Part shown: piece by piece, positions 60,402-64,000 of the stretch
Layout: each line of letters begins with the position of its first letter
How positions within the stretch are numbered: position 1 is the first letter of the stretch
Program-made: the position numbers and the translations under genes
DNA from: Aureliella sp.
GTDB taxonomy: Bacteria > Planctomycetota > Planctomycetia > Pirellulales > Pirellulaceae
DNA length: 64,000 nt
Assembly: GCA_963691875.1 (NCBI GenBank)
Contig: OY829846.1
Span: 448,001 to 512,000, forward strand
Direction: 5' to 3'
Notes under the pieces: generated by a model
The model's input: the letters and a program-made list of their open reading frames with translations, nothing else
Told to the model about the DNA's origin: nothing
The model's database searches: none

Positions 60402-61994
60402 TTAAGATGCGCCTTCGCGTAAAAGTACCGTTTTGACCGTTCGTAGGATGAGGTATAGATCCAGCCAGATTGACCAATTACGAATGTAGTACATATCCCA
60501 ATACACGCGAAGTTCGTAGACACCATCACTTCTGGAACTGACTTGCCATAGCCCCGTTAATCCCGGTCTCACGCTCTTGTAAACTTCATACTCATCAGGA
60601 TATTCGCGCACGTAGGCGGCATCATAAGTCGGTGAGTCGACTATTGGTCTCGGGCCAACCAAACTCATGTCCCCACGAAGAATGTTCCAAAGTTGCGGAA
60701 GTTCATCCAGGCTGGTCCTGCGGAGAAACGCACCGATCTTGTTGACCCTAGGATCATTGGCTAGTTTGTGTTTCAAATCCCATTCCGCTCGTGCCTCGGG
60801 ATTTTGATCGAGGTAGGAATCAAGAACCTCATCTGCGTTCTGCACCATACTTCTGAACTTCCATGCAACGAATTCCTTGCCATATCTGCCAACTCTTTTC
60901 TGTCCGTACAGAATCGGTCCAGGAGAGCTCAGCTTGATTAGCAAGCCAAAAGATAATAACAGCGGCATGCCAATTGCAATCGCCAACACGGTTATCGAAA
61001 TGTCCAGGCATCGCTTGCAGGCAAGTTGAAGACAGTTCGGTCGGATGGTCCCTAGTCTGATTCCGGTTGCACCGGCAATGCAAAACAACTCGTCCCACAA
61101 TCCCATATCGAGTTGATTTGAAGAAAGTAAGATTCTGTTGGGGATTGCACTGAAGGTAGAATCCGAAGCCGGACTACAGGCGCGACTCACACATGGAGAG
61201 ACTATTACCCAGGTTGCTCCAAGTGCAGTTGCTACCTCATCTGTTCGTCGGACATCAAACGCAGGGATGTTGTTTTCATCCAGAAGACGAGTGCCACTCC
61301 AGTAATGTTCGGAAGGAAGAAGAACCCCGACAGGCCGGAACCCTCGGTCAATGGTGTTCGCAATTTTACGGAACAGTTCCACTCCTCGTTCTGGTTCAGC
61401 AACAAGCAACGTTGGAACTCCCCACCACGGGCAGTAACTTGCGAACTTTCGAACCATAAATCGAATCGTTACGACAACTGGTATATTGCAAAAGGCGGTG
61501 AGCGAAAATGCCAAGAAGAAAGCAATGTTGCCCGGCAAAAAGAAAATGCCGATACAGCAAATGGTCGCTATCGCCGCTATGAATATCCATGAAGTTTGTC
61601 GAAATTCCATTACGGCGCTTTGGCCAATTCCAGGGTATAAGCCTGCGGCAATAGCAAGTGGAATGATAAGCAAAGAACCGATCAACAATGTGCCATTGCC
61701 GATTTGTAGATGTGGATACGGTAGGATCAGCTGAGTCAAACCATCAGAGGCCCAAAGGGTCAGATAAAGCAACAAATAATCTGTGAGAGCAAGAATTGCC
61801 GCCATCGCAATTGACTGCAAAGCGAACAGATTACAGAGTTTATTCGCAAGGCGGTTGGATGTAGGATTTGCCTGGAAGTAATTCCGCAACGTCACCGCAG
61901 ATTGTCGGTCGACAGCATCTAGACGCGCGTACTTCTCGTCTGCCGTTTCTATTGTTCGTTCCTGTTCACGAACGTCTTCTGTGATTTGGCTCAT
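60402..61994 (-). CDS. priming glycosyltransferase (WbaP/WcaJ-like polyprenyl-phosphate sugar-1-phosphate transferase)
   Basis: N-terminal TMs, KRCLDI, SPGPILY.Q.RVG..GK.F..WKFRSM, DPRV..IG.FLR.TSLDELPQLWNIL.GDMSLVGPRP, RPGLTGLWQV and YYIRNWS.WLD. Confidence 0.95.
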   Translation of the reverse strand: MSQITEDVREQERTIETADEKYARLDAVDRQSAVTLRNYFQANPTSNRLANKLCNLFALQSIAMAAILALTDYLLLYLTLWASDGLTQLILPYPHLQIGNGTLLIGSLLIIPLAIAAGLYPGIGQSAVMEFRQTSWIFIAAIATICCIGIFFLPGNIAFFLAFSLTAFCNIPVVVTIRFMVRKFASYCPWWGVPTLLVAEPERGVELFRKIANTIDRGFRPVGVLLPSEHYWSGTRLLDENNIPAFDVRRTDEVATALGATWVIVSPCVSRACSPASDSTFSAIPNRILLSSNQLDMGLWDELFCIAGATGIRLGTIRPNCLQLACKRCLDISITVLAIAIGMPLLLSFGLLIKLSSPGPILYGQKRVGRYGKEFVAWKFRSMVQNADEVLDSYLDQNPEARAEWDLKHKLANDPRVNKIGAFLRRTSLDELPQLWNILRGDMSLVGPRPIVDSPTYDAAYVREYPDEYEVYKSVRPGLTGLWQVSSRSDGVYELRVYWDMYYIRNWSIWLDLYLILRTVKTVLLREGAS

Positions 61995-62079
61995 GTGTAA
62001 ACTCTCTGCTCTAGCCGTTGCAAACTAGCACAGTAGCGAACAAGTTTTTCAGCTAGTGGGCGATGCAAGTGTCTCTCCG

Positions 62080-63999
62080 CTAGTTCAATGAGGCATTTGC
62101 CAGGACCGCCGTTTGCAACCGCTTCAAAGACGCACGCTCGATGGGCAAAAGTGTGTGAATATCCAGTTGTTTTTTTGCAACTCTTAACGAATTTCCTGCA
62201 TCCGTAAAACGCTGTTGGTAGGCAAAGATTTGAGCAAGATGGAAGTGGTAGGTTGCTTTACCTGCGAGATCGATCGCTTTTCGAAAATCGACTTCCGCCG
62301 CATCGAATCTGCCAGCGGCCATATGAACAAGGCCTCTCGTGTCTAAAAAAGCGGCTTGGGGACCCAAATCACCTATTACGCTTTCGATGGCAAACATCGC
62401 CTGGCCGAGTTGCTTAGATGTCAAAGCACATATGGCCGCAAGATTATTACGTGCAGAAACGTTTGAAGGGTCCGATTCCAGAACACTGTTATATGCATCA
62501 CAGGCCTTTTCGGTGTCTCCTAGCCAGGAATAGAGGTCACCCACGCAAAGCAAAACCTCTGTTAGCGTTGCTTTATCTGCTGCCTGTAAATAACTAATCA
62601 ATTGCGCAACGCAATCGCGGTCTTCTGTTCCACTTTGGATTGCTCCATAGGCTAATGCGACTAACTGCAACGCATTGGCGTCCTCTCGCGGAATGAGGTC
62701 CAAGGCTTTTTGTACATTTCCCGTTCGGGCGTAGAAGCTTGCTAACCGGAGATCACCAGCCGAATCGTAGCGTGCTATTTCAGTGTTAGCTCGCAACGCA
62801 ATTTTCAGCATTCTTTCTGAAAGTTCCACTTGTCCGGCGCGGCGAAGTTGGATTCCGTAATACTCGGATATCGGAGCAACCTCTTGGTTGAGCTCCGAGC
62901 TTTCAGCAGCTTGCTCCAACATCAAAGTTAGTGCTGTAAATTTGCCCTCGGTGAAAAGCACTTTCGATTCAGCTTTGATAGTCGTCACCGAATCGGGCGC
63001 CAATTCAATCAACTGGTTGAGCCAAAGTTTACCTTCGTTGAGTTCACCGCGATCTATCAGTGCAGTTGCATATTGGGACACGTAGTCAGCAATTTCAGCG
63101 CCACCATTACCCAGCACACGCCGCATAGTCCTTGAGTAATTAGCCCAATCATTCCGTTGGCGGTACAGATCTGCCAATAACGCATTGTCGGGGATCGAAA
63201 AAGTGGTTTGTTTCGCAACCAGATCCACGAGTATCTTCAAACCTTTGTCTGAGTTTTCAGAGCGGCCGTCCTTCGATAATAAAATTGCAAGGCACCGCAG
63301 ATCCTCAGTCGAATTCTCCGATGATTTGATATTCTCTTTAATCAAACGTAGAGCGCGGGCGTTACTTTCCTGATCTCCCTGTATGCCAATTGACAAGGCG
63401 AGGTTTCGACGGCCCCATATTTGATCATCGATTTGTACTTTGGAACTATTTGCGACTAGGCGTTCAAGGAGGGGAATGGCTTTCGCAATCCGTCCCGACT
63501 CCAAATAGAAAGAGGTGAAACGGCGAAGCAGACTCGAGTCCGTTGGGCACTCTTTAATAGCCTTGCGGTAATATTCTTCCGCACTCCTCTCGTCTCCGGT
63601 GGATTGATAGCATTGCGCCAGCGTGTCAGAGAGATATCTCGTTGAAATAGAATGCTCGGCCTCCGAAATAACCGTCTTGGCTAAACTTAACTTCCCCTGG
63701 CCGCAATGCATTTGAACAAGAGCAATCCATGGCTCCGGGCTTGAAGGGCTGATTTCAATAGCTTTTCGAAATTGATTTTCGGCCTTGGTGAAATTTCCAG
63801 TGATTCGAAGAATCTGTGCTAGCCAAAATAGGTCCGCTTGTTTCTCCGATTGTTTGGCTCGCCGGACTGCAAGATCCAAAGCTCGATCGAAATCCTGCAG
63901 CTGAATTGACAGATTAGAGGCGATCTGCGTAAGGTTTCGCGATAACGGAATATATTCTTCAGAGAGGTGACGGATGACTTGGTCTGCTTCGACAAACCG
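62080..63999 (-). CDS. large tetratricopeptide-repeat protein (5'-partial, runs off the window)
   Basis: The frame stays open to the window edge (RFVEADQVIR...). TPR-like units, ARNNLA and LDTRG.V....G....A..D...A. Confidence 0.88.
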   Translation of the reverse strand, partial: RFVEADQVIRHLSEEYIPLSRNLTQIASNLSIQLQDFDRALDLAVRRAKQSEKQADLFWLAQILRITGNFTKAENQFRKAIEISPSSPEPWIALVQMHCGQGKLSLAKTVISEAEHSISTRYLSDTLAQCYQSTGDERSAEEYYRKAIKECPTDSSLLRRFTSFYLESGRIAKAIPLLERLVANSSKVQIDDQIWGRRNLALSIGIQGDQESNARALRLIKENIKSSENSTEDLRCLAILLSKDGRSENSDKGLKILVDLVAKQTTFSIPDNALLADLYRQRNDWANYSRTMRRVLGNGGAEIADYVSQYATALIDRGELNEGKLWLNQLIELAPDSVTTIKAESKVLFTEGKFTALTLMLEQAAESSELNQEVAPISEYYGIQLRRAGQVELSERMLKIALRANTEIARYDSAGDLRLASFYARTGNVQKALDLIPREDANALQLVALAYGAIQSGTEDRDCVAQLISYLQAADKATLTEVLLCVGDLYSWLGDTEKACDAYNSVLESDPSNVSARNNLAAICALTSKQLGQAMFAIESVIGDLGPQAAFLDTRGLVHMAAGRFDAAEVDFRKAIDLAGKATYHFHLAQIFAYQQRFTDAGNSLRVAKKQLDIHTLLPIERASLKRLQTAVLANASLN

Positions 64000-64000
64000 T

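Overview
Bacterial DNA that looks like a planctomycete (Pirellulaceae-like), judged from PSD1/PSCyt cytochrome c proteins, DUF1501, DUF1552/DUF1592, an LEPR-xLL-type N-terminus, a PEP-CTERM protein and planctomycete-type integrase/IS relics. The left half (1-36 kb) is catabolic/accessory. It holds a DUF1552-DUF1592 pair, two tandem paralogous membrane proteins, a FadR-PSD1-DUF1501 operon, an esterase-rich block (SASA/beta-lactamase-fold fusion, BlaI-BlaR1 with a repeat-type sensor, alpha/beta hydrolase, SASA), a metallophosphoesterase and a PEP-CTERM protein. It also holds a phosphonoacetaldehyde-reductase-like Fe-ADH coupled to a PhoD-LamG enzyme opposite a decayed organophosphate-type MFS gene, and a ~1540-aa GH18+GH5 multi-CBM2/Calx-beta glycoside hydrolase. 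The right half (38.7-64 kb) is a minus-strand exopolysaccharide cluster: TPR protein, WbaP-like priming GT, FrhB-like Fe-S protein, deacetylase, PssD/PssE both split and as a reverse-order fusion, pyruvyltransferase, Wzx, Wzy, GT2s and three hexapeptide acyltransferases. Its spacers are filled with decayed IS3/IS256/integrase relics, and an IS630 sits nested in an IS3 just left of it. No rRNA, tRNA or CRISPR array was seen. All family calls come from motif recognition by eye, not from database searches.
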